A DNA stretch of 64,000 nucleotides from an uncultured bacterium (lineage in GTDB: Bacteria; Oederibacteriota; PGYV01; CAWJRG01): NCBI GenBank assembly GCA_963845185.1, contig CAWJRG010000005.1, positions 640,001 through 704,000 on the forward strand, in the 5' to 3' direction. Both the position numbers and the translations under genes were made by a program. Of this stretch, positions 31,583 to 40,511 are shown piece by piece. The notes under the pieces were generated by a model, which saw nothing but the letters and a program-made list of their open reading frames with translations, searched no databases and was not told the origin of the DNA. Every line of letters begins with the position of its first letter. The stretch's first letter is position 1.

Positions 31583-32311
31583 TTATTTTATCTTTACTCT
31601 TAATTTTTTCTCTATCACTGTCCTTGTTTTTTCGAGTTCTTTTATTCCGGCAGTCATTTCATCCATTTCGTTCTGCTTTATTTTTATGCCTGCCGCCTTC
31701 ACAGCCTTTCCTATATTTTTCTCGTCCTGCAGAATATAAATTCTTTCTTCAATCTGTATCAGCTTTTTATTCAGATATGCTTTTATATCCTCTGCCGCTT
31801 GCTTGTCCTGATAATGCGCCGTGTCAGGCACTGATATATCTATCCAGAGTATGTCGCCGTAATTCCTGATATTTGCCATCCATTTTTCCCTTGCCGCGTA
31901 AATATTTTTCAACTCCTCGCACTTTGACTTTATGCACTCGAGTATTTTTTTGTCGTATTCTTCTATTATTAGGCTTGAATACGTGAAATACACTTCTTTC
32001 AGTTCCTTTATTTCCTTATCCAGCGCGTTCATTTTGTACGCGCAATTATTTCCCTGCCTGAGGTAATAGCCAAGCTGGAGATTTCTAAAAAATTTTTGCA
32101 GCCACATGCCGTTATTTTCGCCCGCTTTTAACGTATTTATCTTTTGCATTATGAAATTGTTTTGTTTTTTAATGCTGCTGTATTGCATTTCTTTTATTTT
32201 CAGGTTTTTGTCCGCGGTATTTGCCTTGCTTATAAAATCGGCCATGTCAGCTGAAAATGCCGAACTTATAATTGCAAACATTATAAAACCCGCGATAAAA
32301 AATTTTTTCAT
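31583..32311 (-). CDS. Secreted helical hypothetical protein
   Basis: Signal peptide MKKFFIAGFIMFAIISSAFS; RBS AAGGGAG; coiled-coil-like composition. Confidence 0.7.
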   Translation of the reverse strand: MKKFFIAGFIMFAIISSAFSADMADFISKANTADKNLKIKEMQYSSIKKQNNFIMQKINTLKAGENNGMWLQKFFRNLQLGYYLRQGNNCAYKMNALDKEIKELKEVYFTYSSLIIEEYDKKILECIKSKCEELKNIYAAREKWMANIRNYGDILWIDISVPDTAHYQDKQAAEDIKAYLNKKLIQIEERIYILQDEKNIGKAVKAAGIKIKQNEMDEMTAGIKELEKTRTVIEKKLRVKIK

Positions 32312-32362
32312 TATTTCTCCCTTTTGTCTTCTAAAGTATCTTGCTAAAAATCCCTTTCTTGA

Positions 32363-33682
32363 TTATTTCAGCCCGTATTTTTTTATCTTGCTTATCAGTG
32401 TAACCCTGTTTATTTTTAAAAGCTCGGCCGCCTTCTTTGTATTTCCTTTTGTTTTTTCCAGCGCGTCAATTATCATTTTTTTCTCATAATCATCCACTTT
32501 CGTGTCCAGGTCCAAAGCCGCACCTTTTTTTATGTCAATGTCGTAAGGTATATCATCAGCGTCTATCTCGTCTTTTGCGCAAACGACCATTATTCTTTGT
32601 ATGATGTTTTCCAGTTCCCTGATGTTTCCGGGATAATCGTATTTCTTCAGTATGTCCATTGCTTTTTTTGTTATGCCTTTTATCTTGTAATCGCCGTAAT
32701 CCGCGTATTTTTTTATAAAATAATCAACCAGAAGCGGCATGTCTTCCTTTCTCTCGCGTAACGGAGGCACGTTTATGTCCACGACGTTCAAGCGGTAATA
32801 CAGTTCCTCCCTGAATGTGCCTTCCCTGACTTTTTCCTTTAAATCCTTGTTTGTTGCTGCTATTATCCTCACGTCTGCTTTTATGGTTTTTTCGCCGCCT
32901 ACCCGCTCAAATTCCTTTTCCTGTATGACGCGCAGTATTTTCACCTGCAGGTTGAGCGGTAAATCCGCTATTTCGTCGAGCATTATCGTGCCGCCCTCGG
33001 CCAGTTCAAACCTGCCTTTTTTAAAATATAAAGCATCGGTAAATGCGCCTTTTTCATGGCCGAACAGTTCGGATTCAAGCACGCCCGGCGCGAGAGCCGC
33101 ACAGTTGACTTTTATGAGTGGAAAATTCCGTCTTTCGCTTTTATTGTGTATGTCCTCGGCCACGAGTTCCTTGCCCGTGCCCGACTCTCCTGTTATAAGC
33201 ACGGTCGCGTCAGACTTTGCGATCTTGTCAATCAGGGCGTGGATTTCCTTTAGCCTGCTGCTCTGGCCGACCATTTCCCTTTTTATTGAATTTTTAAGAT
33301 AGGCATTTTCTTCCTTTATGTTTTTGGATTTTAATATTTTATCAACCTGTATCCTGATGTGTTCTATTGAAAACGGCTTTGTGACAAAATCTGCGGCGCC
33401 GCGCTTCATGGCCGCGACTGCCTTGTCCACGGTGCCATAGGCCGTTATAACCATTACCTCGGTATATGGGTCGCGCTCTTTCGCTGCGTCAAGCACAGTG
33501 ATGCCGTCAGCGCCGGGAAGTTTTAAGTCGGTAATCACAAGGTCAAAATTGTTTTCTTTTATTATCTTTGCCGCTTCTTCCGCGGAATCAGTGCCTGTTA
33601 TGGCGCAGTTTTTGGACTCAAGCGCCTCTTTTAAAATTCCCCTCAGTTCGTTGTTGTCTTCGACTATCAGAACCTCATGCAT
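32363..33682 (-). CDS. NtrC/AtoC-family sigma54-dependent response regulator
   Basis: Receiver domain (DLVITDLKLPG), Walker A GESGTGKE, GAFTDA loop, 'FREELYYRLNV', Fis-type HTH. Confidence 0.95.
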   Translation of the reverse strand: MHEVLIVEDNNELRGILKEALESKNCAITGTDSAEEAAKIIKENNFDLVITDLKLPGADGITVLDAAKERDPYTEVMVITAYGTVDKAVAAMKRGAADFVTKPFSIEHIRIQVDKILKSKNIKEENAYLKNSIKREMVGQSSRLKEIHALIDKIAKSDATVLITGESGTGKELVAEDIHNKSERRNFPLIKVNCAALAPGVLESELFGHEKGAFTDALYFKKGRFELAEGGTIMLDEIADLPLNLQVKILRVIQEKEFERVGGEKTIKADVRIIAATNKDLKEKVREGTFREELYYRLNVVDINVPPLRERKEDMPLLVDYFIKKYADYGDYKIKGITKKAMDILKKYDYPGNIRELENIIQRIMVVCAKDEIDADDIPYDIDIKKGAALDLDTKVDDYEKKMIIDALEKTKGNTKKAAELLKINRVTLISKIKKYGLK

Positions 33683-33859
33683 TTTTTCCTCCGGATGTTC
33701 CTTCCGTTTAGTATGCTTTGTAAATTATTATACAATAAAATAGATATTTTATAAATAGTTGAGTTTATTCGTAAATTTTTGCATTTTCCATTGTTTTGTG
33801 ATATATTAACTTATATAAACTGTTACTTATCTAAAATAGTTTAAATTGGTGGAACAAAA

Positions 33860-35083
33860 ATGCCGTTTAATTACTTCAGCTGGGATTTTTACAGCAATTA
33901 CAGGAGGCAGTCCGGCCCGGGAACCGGCCTGATTTTTATTGTTGTTGGATTACTCTTATTGTTTTCCTCTCTCAACGATTACATGAAATATTCACAACTG
34001 GCCAAAGACGGCAAGGCAACTGTGGCTACTGTGATTTCATATAACCCGACATATTACCACTCCAGAAACGGCACAACCGTCCATTATTGGCATGTGCTTT
34101 CCTATGACAATATGCAGCAGCAGGTGGAATTGCAATACGGCCACGATGCAGGACAAAAAATAAACATCGTCTACCTCCCGAATAAACCGAATGAAGCATG
34201 TGAAGGCAGCGCAGGCATGGATACATGGCAATTGATGGGCACAGGCAAAAACATAACTTTTAAATTTTTTGTGGCCGGCGGCTTTGTTTTAATTATTGTC
34301 GGCGCATTCATATTTTCAAAAACTTACAGCCAGGGGCTGTTCCCGCCTCAGCAGACAAACCCTGCAATAAATATTTTTACAGGCAATACGGCTCCGAATA
34401 CTCCGCCGCCGCCCGGGCATTATGACCTTTCGCCCGGCCCGACCACAGCCGAACTGCCTAAGAACCTTGACCCCGAGCATACTTTCCTTGCCGCGGTGCG
34501 CGCCGAGAACATTGTGGCTGCGTTAAAACTTTTCCGCGAAAAAAACATGGCGGATATGGACGAGGCTGCAAAAATTGTGGATCCTGTTGTTTACAATTCA
34601 AACCGGCTTTCTGACGACGAGATAATCGCGGTTTTTAACACTGCCAAGCTCCCTGATACTTTTTCCGGCCATTATAATGCCGGCGTTCAATCCGGATTTT
34701 CTGCCCCTTTAACAGCCGCAACTGCTTTGTCTTCAACTGCTGCATCGCCTTCACCCGGGAACCTTTCCTCAACTGAATCATCTTCCAAATACCTGGATTT
34801 TGCGTTTGAATTGCGGGTAAAAATCGCAAACAGCAAAGAAACCCGGGCAATATCTCACACCGAACTTACTGCGCAGTTCCCGGAACTCAGCGAAGAACAT
34901 GCCAAAGAAATATATGAACTTGCAAAAGGCCTTGAATTCAATTGCACTGAGGCTGCGGAAAAAATGCAGGATGGGTATTATAATGAAGAAGAGGCGTTTA
35001 AGTTTCTGGAGGAAAACAATCCTGGTTTTTCAAACGAAACTTACAAATCCGCGCTTGAACTGGGGAAATTTTTAATAAAATAA
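33860..35083 (+). CDS. Two-TM membrane protein (DUF3592-like) with Pro-rich linker and cytoplasmic helical domains
   Basis: TM, then 'G..TVATVISY..GQKINIVYLPNKPNEA', then TM; later segment 'AVRAENIVAALKLFREKNMADMDEAAKIVD'. Confidence 0.7.
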   Translation: MPFNYFSWDFYSNYRRQSGPGTGLIFIVVGLLLLFSSLNDYMKYSQLAKDGKATVATVISYNPTYYHSRNGTTVHYWHVLSYDNMQQQVELQYGHDAGQKINIVYLPNKPNEACEGSAGMDTWQLMGTGKNITFKFFVAGGFVLIIVGAFIFSKTYSQGLFPPQQTNPAINIFTGNTAPNTPPPPGHYDLSPGPTTAELPKNLDPEHTFLAAVRAENIVAALKLFREKNMADMDEAAKIVDPVVYNSNRLSDDEIIAVFNTAKLPDTFSGHYNAGVQSGFSAPLTAATALSSTAASPSPGNLSSTESSSKYLDFAFELRVKIANSKETRAISHTELTAQFPELSEEHAKEIYELAKGLEFNCTEAAEKMQDGYYNEEEAFKFLEENNPGFSNETYKSALELGKFLIK

Positions 35084-35102
35084 CCTTTATTCCTTTGTAT
35101 CT

Positions 35103-37817
35103 TTACTTTTCTATCGAAACTATATTTACGCTTGCTTGTTTTAGGCCTTTTGAATTTGCAGTAAGCTTTATTGTTCCGGGTTTGCTTTTTGCCTGCACAA
35201 ATACCATGCACAACCCGTTAAATACCCTGCGCTGCTGCGCTTTATCCGGCTCGTGGCTGCTGGGGTCGCCGTTTCCAACGCCTGCTATTATCCCCGGCCC
35301 TGACACATGAAACTTCACCAGGTTGCTGGCTACCGGTACAATCCTGTTCTTATTGTCCAGTATCTCTACAACCACCGGCATTACATCTTCGCCGTCGAAA
35401 ACCATCCTGTCTTTGTAAGGCACGAGCCTTATTGCCGCAGGCGTACCTGTTGTCTCGACTTTGGTTTCAGCGCTGAAAACCCCTTTTATATAAGCTTTTG
35501 CTTTAAGCTCGCCGGGCGCAAAGCGTACTTTCCATTCGAGATGCCCGTTGCGCGGTGTTTCTATTAATCCCATGGATTCCCCGTTTAAGAAAAGTTCCAC
35601 CTGGTCATAATTAGTGTGGCACCACACGTCTATTTCCTGTCCTTCCCGGCCAGGCCATGTCCAGTGCGGAAAAATATGAAGCACTGGCTTACCGCTCCAC
35701 CACGCCTTATAATAATAGTAATTATCCTTTGGGAACCCGCACGTATCCATTATGCCGAAATGCGAATTAACGCACGGCCAGCCGTACGGTGTGGGCTCTC
35801 CGCGGTAATCAAAGCCTGTCCAGACAAACGCTCCTGCCATGTAAGGTCTCTCTGCTATAGGCCTCCATGCATTTTCCGCCGTGTGCGACCATTCAGTGTG
35901 GTTCACGTCGTACGCGCTAACATATCCTTTGTCCCTGTCTGTCCTGTATATTCCGCGGGTGGAAACTGTGCTTGCCGTCTCGCTGCCGAATACAGGCATA
36001 TACGGGAATTTTTTACGGAATGGCTCATATTGCACTATATTATAATTGAAACCCTGTACGTCTATGACGCCTGTAATACCCCTGCCCCAGTCTCCGTTCA
36101 TGGCTGCTGTTATGGGCCGGGTATGGTCGAGCTTTTTTATGAGTTTCTTGATTGCATTGCCCCTTTTTTGGCCAATATCTGTGCCCTGTTCCTTTTCCTC
36201 GTTGCATATTGACCAGAGTATTATGCTCGGGTGGTTGCGGTCCCGTAAAACCATGCTTTCAACCTGCGACAGGATTTCTTTTGAGTCGCCGAGCCTGCGG
36301 TTCTCGTCTATTACAAGCATTCCCTGTTTGTCGCACTCGTCCAGCAGCTCCGCAGCCGGCGGGTTGTGGCTGCACCTGTAAGCGTTTGAGCCCATTTCTT
36401 TAAGTTTTTCAACACGGTATGTAAAAAGCCTGTCTGGAATGGCAATGCCCACTCCTGCATGGTCCTGGTGATTGCATGTGCCGAGCAGCTTCACCGGCTT
36501 TCCGTTAAGCAGGAACCCTTTATCCGCATCAAATTTTATTGATCGCACGCCGAATGTCGTATTTTCGCAATCAACAATCCTGTTGTTTTTTTCTACGCTT
36601 GTTTTTAATGAATATAGGTGTGGATTTTCCAGCGACCATAGCTTTGGATTATTAATAATACCTTTCATGACAATTTGTTTTTTCCCGTTTGCCGGTGCTT
36701 TACCCTTGCCGGAAATCCCGGCAACTATCTTTCCTTTTGCGTTAAATATTTCAGCGTGAAGTTTGAATTCCTCTGCTTTAGCCGCGTGATTGATAATTTC
36801 CGCCTTTACTGTCAGCCCGGTTTTTTTCTTAATCGGTTTTGTTGCCACAAAAATGCCGCACGGCGCTATATGCAATGGACCTGCTTTGTTGAGCCACACA
36901 TGCCTGTATATACCCCCGCCCTCGTACCACCATCCTTCAGACGCGTGCGCGTCCACCCTCACGCTCAGTACATTCATGCCGCCGTAAATAACCGCGTCTG
37001 TAATGTCAAACCGGAAGCTGGTGTATCCGCTCCAGTGCCTGCCAAGCAGCTTTCCGTTAAGCCATACCCTGCAGTCGCGGAAAACTCCGTCAAAATCAAT
37101 CCATATTCTCTTGCCCCTGTCGTCTTGCGGTATATTGAATGTCCTGCGGTACCAGCCAATGCCTTTTGGCAGAAACCCGTGACAAGGCTCAGGGATTTTT
37201 TTATCAAAAGTTCCTTCCACCACAAAATCATGGGGCAAATGTATTTTACGCCATATTTTGTCGTCAAAATTTATTGCCATAGGCCCATGTTTTGCCCGGC
37301 CTGTTTCATTTGTACCCGCAGGCTTCAGTTCAAGGTTGGCTTCGTCAATAAAGCCCCTGCCCCACCAGTTCTGCACAAGCACAGCTAAGTGGTTCCTGCC
37401 GTTTTTGTTCCATGCCGCGTCAAGCTGCACTTCAAACGGGTCTGTCCAGATTTCGTGATAAGCAAGGAATTTCCCGTTCAGATAAATTGTTGCGGCATCG
37501 CTGACTGACGTAAAAAGAATCACCCTGCCCGGCCCTGATACATCCGGTAAATCGGTTTTGAACCAGGCAAAACCCGCTTGCTTGTTAAAAACGTCCTGAC
37601 CTGGCTTTATTGTTTTCCACCCCTTTACAGGGAAATCCGGTTTAGCTGCCTTTGCGTTTTTCGGTTTTTCCCTGCCGGTATTTTTTACAAGCCATTTTTT
37701 GATTGGAATTATCTGCGGGAATTGCGCAACATCGCCTAAATGAAACTTCCACTCACCGTCAAGCCTGATTCTCTCCCGGTCTGTTTGTTTTATTAATGCT
37801 TTTTTTGGTTTTTCCAT
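35103..37817 (-). CDS. Beta-galactosidase, GH2, with an extra N-terminal jelly-roll
   Basis: 'LPHDFVVE', 'GWWYEGGGIYRHVWL', 'NAYRCSHNPP', 'RDRNHPSIILWSICNEE', 'WTGFDYRGEPTP'. Confidence 0.92.
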   Translation of the reverse strand: MEKPKKALIKQTDRERIRLDGEWKFHLGDVAQFPQIIPIKKWLVKNTGREKPKNAKAAKPDFPVKGWKTIKPGQDVFNKQAGFAWFKTDLPDVSGPGRVILFTSVSDAATIYLNGKFLAYHEIWTDPFEVQLDAAWNKNGRNHLAVLVQNWWGRGFIDEANLELKPAGTNETGRAKHGPMAINFDDKIWRKIHLPHDFVVEGTFDKKIPEPCHGFLPKGIGWYRRTFNIPQDDRGKRIWIDFDGVFRDCRVWLNGKLLGRHWSGYTSFRFDITDAVIYGGMNVLSVRVDAHASEGWWYEGGGIYRHVWLNKAGPLHIAPCGIFVATKPIKKKTGLTVKAEIINHAAKAEEFKLHAEIFNAKGKIVAGISGKGKAPANGKKQIVMKGIINNPKLWSLENPHLYSLKTSVEKNNRIVDCENTTFGVRSIKFDADKGFLLNGKPVKLLGTCNHQDHAGVGIAIPDRLFTYRVEKLKEMGSNAYRCSHNPPAAELLDECDKQGMLVIDENRRLGDSKEILSQVESMVLRDRNHPSIILWSICNEEKEQGTDIGQKRGNAIKKLIKKLDHTRPITAAMNGDWGRGITGVIDVQGFNYNIVQYEPFRKKFPYMPVFGSETASTVSTRGIYRTDRDKGYVSAYDVNHTEWSHTAENAWRPIAERPYMAGAFVWTGFDYRGEPTPYGWPCVNSHFGIMDTCGFPKDNYYYYKAWWSGKPVLHIFPHWTWPGREGQEIDVWCHTNYDQVELFLNGESMGLIETPRNGHLEWKVRFAPGELKAKAYIKGVFSAETKVETTGTPAAIRLVPYKDRMVFDGEDVMPVVVEILDNKNRIVPVASNLVKFHVSGPGIIAGVGNGDPSSHEPDKAQQRRVFNGLCMVFVQAKSKPGTIKLTANSKGLKQASVNIVSIEK

Positions 37818-37952
37818 AATGGATAAATTATACAAATATTATAAACAAAAGCAATGTAAAATTATTGCGCAGATGCATGAAGTGTTGGGATTTTTGTGTA
37901 AAGTGATAAAACGCGATTTAAAACAGGTGTATAGCTTTACAATGTGGACAGA

Positions 37953-38324
37953 TCATACCATACCAAGATAAATTTTTATTTCAGACACCAGTTTATTAGG
38001 TTCAAAAGGTTTTGTAATATACCCGTCAGCGCCGGATTTATATCCGTCAACTACGTTCCTGTTCTGCGTTTTCGCAGACAGCATTACCACTATAATTTTT
38101 TTTAATCTCTCATCAGACTTTATTTTTTTGCAGACTGTATATCCGTCCATCTCCGGCATCATTATATCAAGCACGATAAGATCGGGTTTTACTCCGGTTT
38201 CAAGCAACTGTAAACACTCTTTCCCTGATGACGCCTGGACAGTGTTATAGCCCTGAAGGTTCAGCGCCGTACAGGCGATCTTTACAATATCGGCTTCATC
38301 ATCCACTACCATTATTGTCTTCAT
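37953..38324 (-). CDS. Single-domain response regulator (receiver only)
   Basis: 'VVDDE..PDLIVLDIMMPEMDG..MLSA..GADGYITKPF'. Confidence 0.92.
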   Translation of the reverse strand: MKTIMVVDDEADIVKIACTALNLQGYNTVQASSGKECLQLLETGVKPDLIVLDIMMPEMDGYTVCKKIKSDERLKKIIVVMLSAKTQNRNVVDGYKSGADGYITKPFEPNKLVSEIKIYLGMV

Positions 38325-38580
38325 TTTTTAGCCTCTTTAAAAAATTTATTAACAATATTTTGATTCCTTCAACCTTTCACTTTATTTATTTAATTATACC
38401 CCAATTCCTTATTTCTAGCAAATTTTATTATTGCACTATTTCCTGTATAAATTATATACGCAAAAGAAATACAAAATTACGGTAGAAAAAAGTCGATAAA
38501 AGAAAGATTTGTTTTATTGTAATTAATTGATTTATTGCTTAATATTTTGTTGAATAAATTCAAACTATGCGAGGTGCTAC

Positions 38581-39687
38581 ATGGAAAAAATTTCAGGATT
38601 TATCATTGAAACCCTTAAGTATTCATCTTTCGTTTTGTTATTAATACCTGCATTTTTGTATGCCCAGCCAAAATATGAGCTTGCGACTTTTGCAGGCGGC
38701 TGTTTCTGGTGCGTCCAGCCGGAATTTGAAAAACTAACCGGAGTAATAAAAGCAGTGGCAGGTTACGCGAACGGCACAGGCGAAAACCCGACATACGAGG
38801 ATTATGCCGAGAAAGGCTTTGTCGAATCTGTCCATGTGACATATGACCCGTCAAAAATATCATATGAGGAACTGTTGGATGCTCTCTGGCACGACATAGA
38901 CCCTACCGATTCTGGCGGGCAGTTTGTTGACAGGGGCCCACAGTACAGGCCGGCTATTTTTTATCACAATGACTTGCAAAAACAGGCTGCTGAAAAATCC
39001 AAAAAAGCGCTGGCTGCGTCAGGCAGGTATAAAAATCCAATTACAATTGAAATTTCAAAATACATGAATTTTTACGCGGCCGAGGATTATCACCAGGATT
39101 ATTACAAAAAGCATGTTATAAAATATAAATTTTTCAGGGCGAATTCGGGCAGGGACCAGTTCATAAAAAAGATATGGGGCGATGAGACCAAGGCAGTCCC
39201 AACACCCTTAGGAGGAGAAATGAAATATACGATACCAAGCAAGGAAGTGCTCAAGAAAAAGCTTACATCCATGCAGTATAATGTTACACAGCAAGGCGGT
39301 ACAGAACCTGCCTTTAAAAACGAGTACTGGAACAATGAAAAAGAAGGTATTTACGTGGATATAGTTTCCGGCGAGCCTCTTTTCAGCTCGCTTGACAAAT
39401 TCGACTCAGGCACTGGTTGGCCCAGTTTTACAAAGCCGCTTGAACCTGCAAACATAGCGGAAAAAACCGACACCACATTTTTCATGACAAGGACCGAGGT
39501 CACGAGCGTCCATGCCGCTTCGCATCTCGGCCACGTGTTCAACGACGGGCCCGCACCTACAGGCCTTAGGTATTGCATGAATTCCGCGGCAATGCGTTTT
39601 ATACCCAAGGAAGAACTGAAAAAAGAAGGATACGGCCAGTACCTGAAACTGTTTGAAAAAAAATCAGGCTCGACAAAACAGGAATAG
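38581..39687 (+). CDS. msrAB: Bifunctional peptide methionine sulfoxide reductase MsrA/MsrB, probably exported
   Basis: 'FAGGCFWC', 'AEDYHQDYY'; MsrB 'GTGWPSF', '[16 protein letters not shown]'; hydrophobic N-terminus. Confidence 0.93.
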   Translation: MEKISGFIIETLKYSSFVLLLIPAFLYAQPKYELATFAGGCFWCVQPEFEKLTGVIKAVAGYANGTGENPTYEDYAEKGFVESVHVTYDPSKISYEELLDALWHDIDPTDSGGQFVDRGPQYRPAIFYHNDLQKQAAEKSKKALAASGRYKNPITIEISKYMNFYAAEDYHQDYYKKHVIKYKFFRANSGRDQFIKKIWGDETKAVPTPLGGEMKYTIPSKEVLKKKLTSMQYNVTQQGGTEPAFKNEYWNNEKEGIYVDIVSGEPLFSSLDKFDSGTGWPSFTKPLEPANIAEKTDTTFFMTRTEVTSVHAASHLGHVFNDGPAPTGLRYCMNSAAMRFIPKEELKKEGYGQYLKLFEKKSGSTKQE

Positions 39688-39693
39688 TATATT

Positions 39694-39808
39694 ATAAAAA
39701 TACCATGGGCTAGGCTTGGTACGCCGGGAATCTCCGTCAAAGTTCCCTCCCCAGGAGCGAAAGCGGAATAAACGGCTGCGAAGGCCGGGCTTCATGGTAT
39801 TTTTTTAT
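39694..39808. ncRNA. Candidate structured RNA of unknown family
   Basis: GC-rich intergenic island closed by AAAAATACCATG/CATGGTATTTTT, with further nested stems and small hairpins. Confidence 0.45.
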
Positions 39809-39845
39809 TAACATATGAAAGGGGTTGCTTTTAAGCTAAAGCCTT

Positions 39846-40511
39846 ATGAATAAAAATATTATCAAATTCACAGGCCTTATTGTTTTTATAATTGTCTTCT
39901 TTGTTCTTGCAAAAATTTTTAACCTCGGCAACAAGATAACTGAAATGAAAATCTGGATACAAAATCTGGGATTTGCCGGACCTTTTATTTTTATTATTAT
40001 ATATGTTCTGGCAGCCGTATTTGCCGTACCCGGCTCGGCTATGACCATTTTGGCCGGGGTTTTATTCGGGACTTTAACCGGCACAATTGTTGTTAGCATC
40101 GGCTCCACAATTGGTGCAGCCCTTGCTTTTTTGATAGCGCGCTATTTTGCTCGGGGTTTTATCGAAGAAAGGCTCGGTAAAAACGAAAAGTTCGCGGAAC
40201 TTGACAGGCTCGCAAAAGAAAACGGAGAAATGGTCGTAGCCATAACCAGGCTTATTCCCTTGTTTCCATTTAATTTTTTAAATTACGCGTTCGGGATGAC
40301 AGGGGTTAAATTCGGCACTTATGTTTTCTGGTCCTGGCTGTGCATGCTCCCCTTCACAATTGTTTATGTCGCGGGCGCCGACGCGCTGATAACAGGCGTA
40401 AAGGAAGGCAAAATACCATGGCCAGTTATAAGCGCTTTAATCGTCGCGGCCGTAATAATGATTTTTGCAATAAAAAAGGCAGTTTCAAAATTAAAAAACA
40501 AGGGTGAATAA
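39846..40511 (+). CDS. TVP38/TMEM64 (DedA/VTT) membrane protein
   Basis: 'AVFAVPGSAMTILAGVLFG', 'TRLIPLFPFNFLNYAFGMT'. Confidence 0.9.
   Translation: MNKNIIKFTGLIVFIIVFFVLAKIFNLGNKITEMKIWIQNLGFAGPFIFIIIYVLAAVFAVPGSAMTILAGVLFGTLTGTIVVSIGSTIGAALAFLIARYFARGFIEERLGKNEKFAELDRLAKENGEMVVAITRLIPLFPFNFLNYAFGMTGVKFGTYVFWSWLCMLPFTIVYVAGADALITGVKEGKIPWPVISALIVAAVIMIFAIKKAVSKLKNKGE

Noticed and set aside
39694..39808. SRP RNA, tRNA-Sec or SECIS call
   Set aside because: No SRP domain IV motif on either strand, no cloverleaf, and no in-frame UGA in the adjacent genes.
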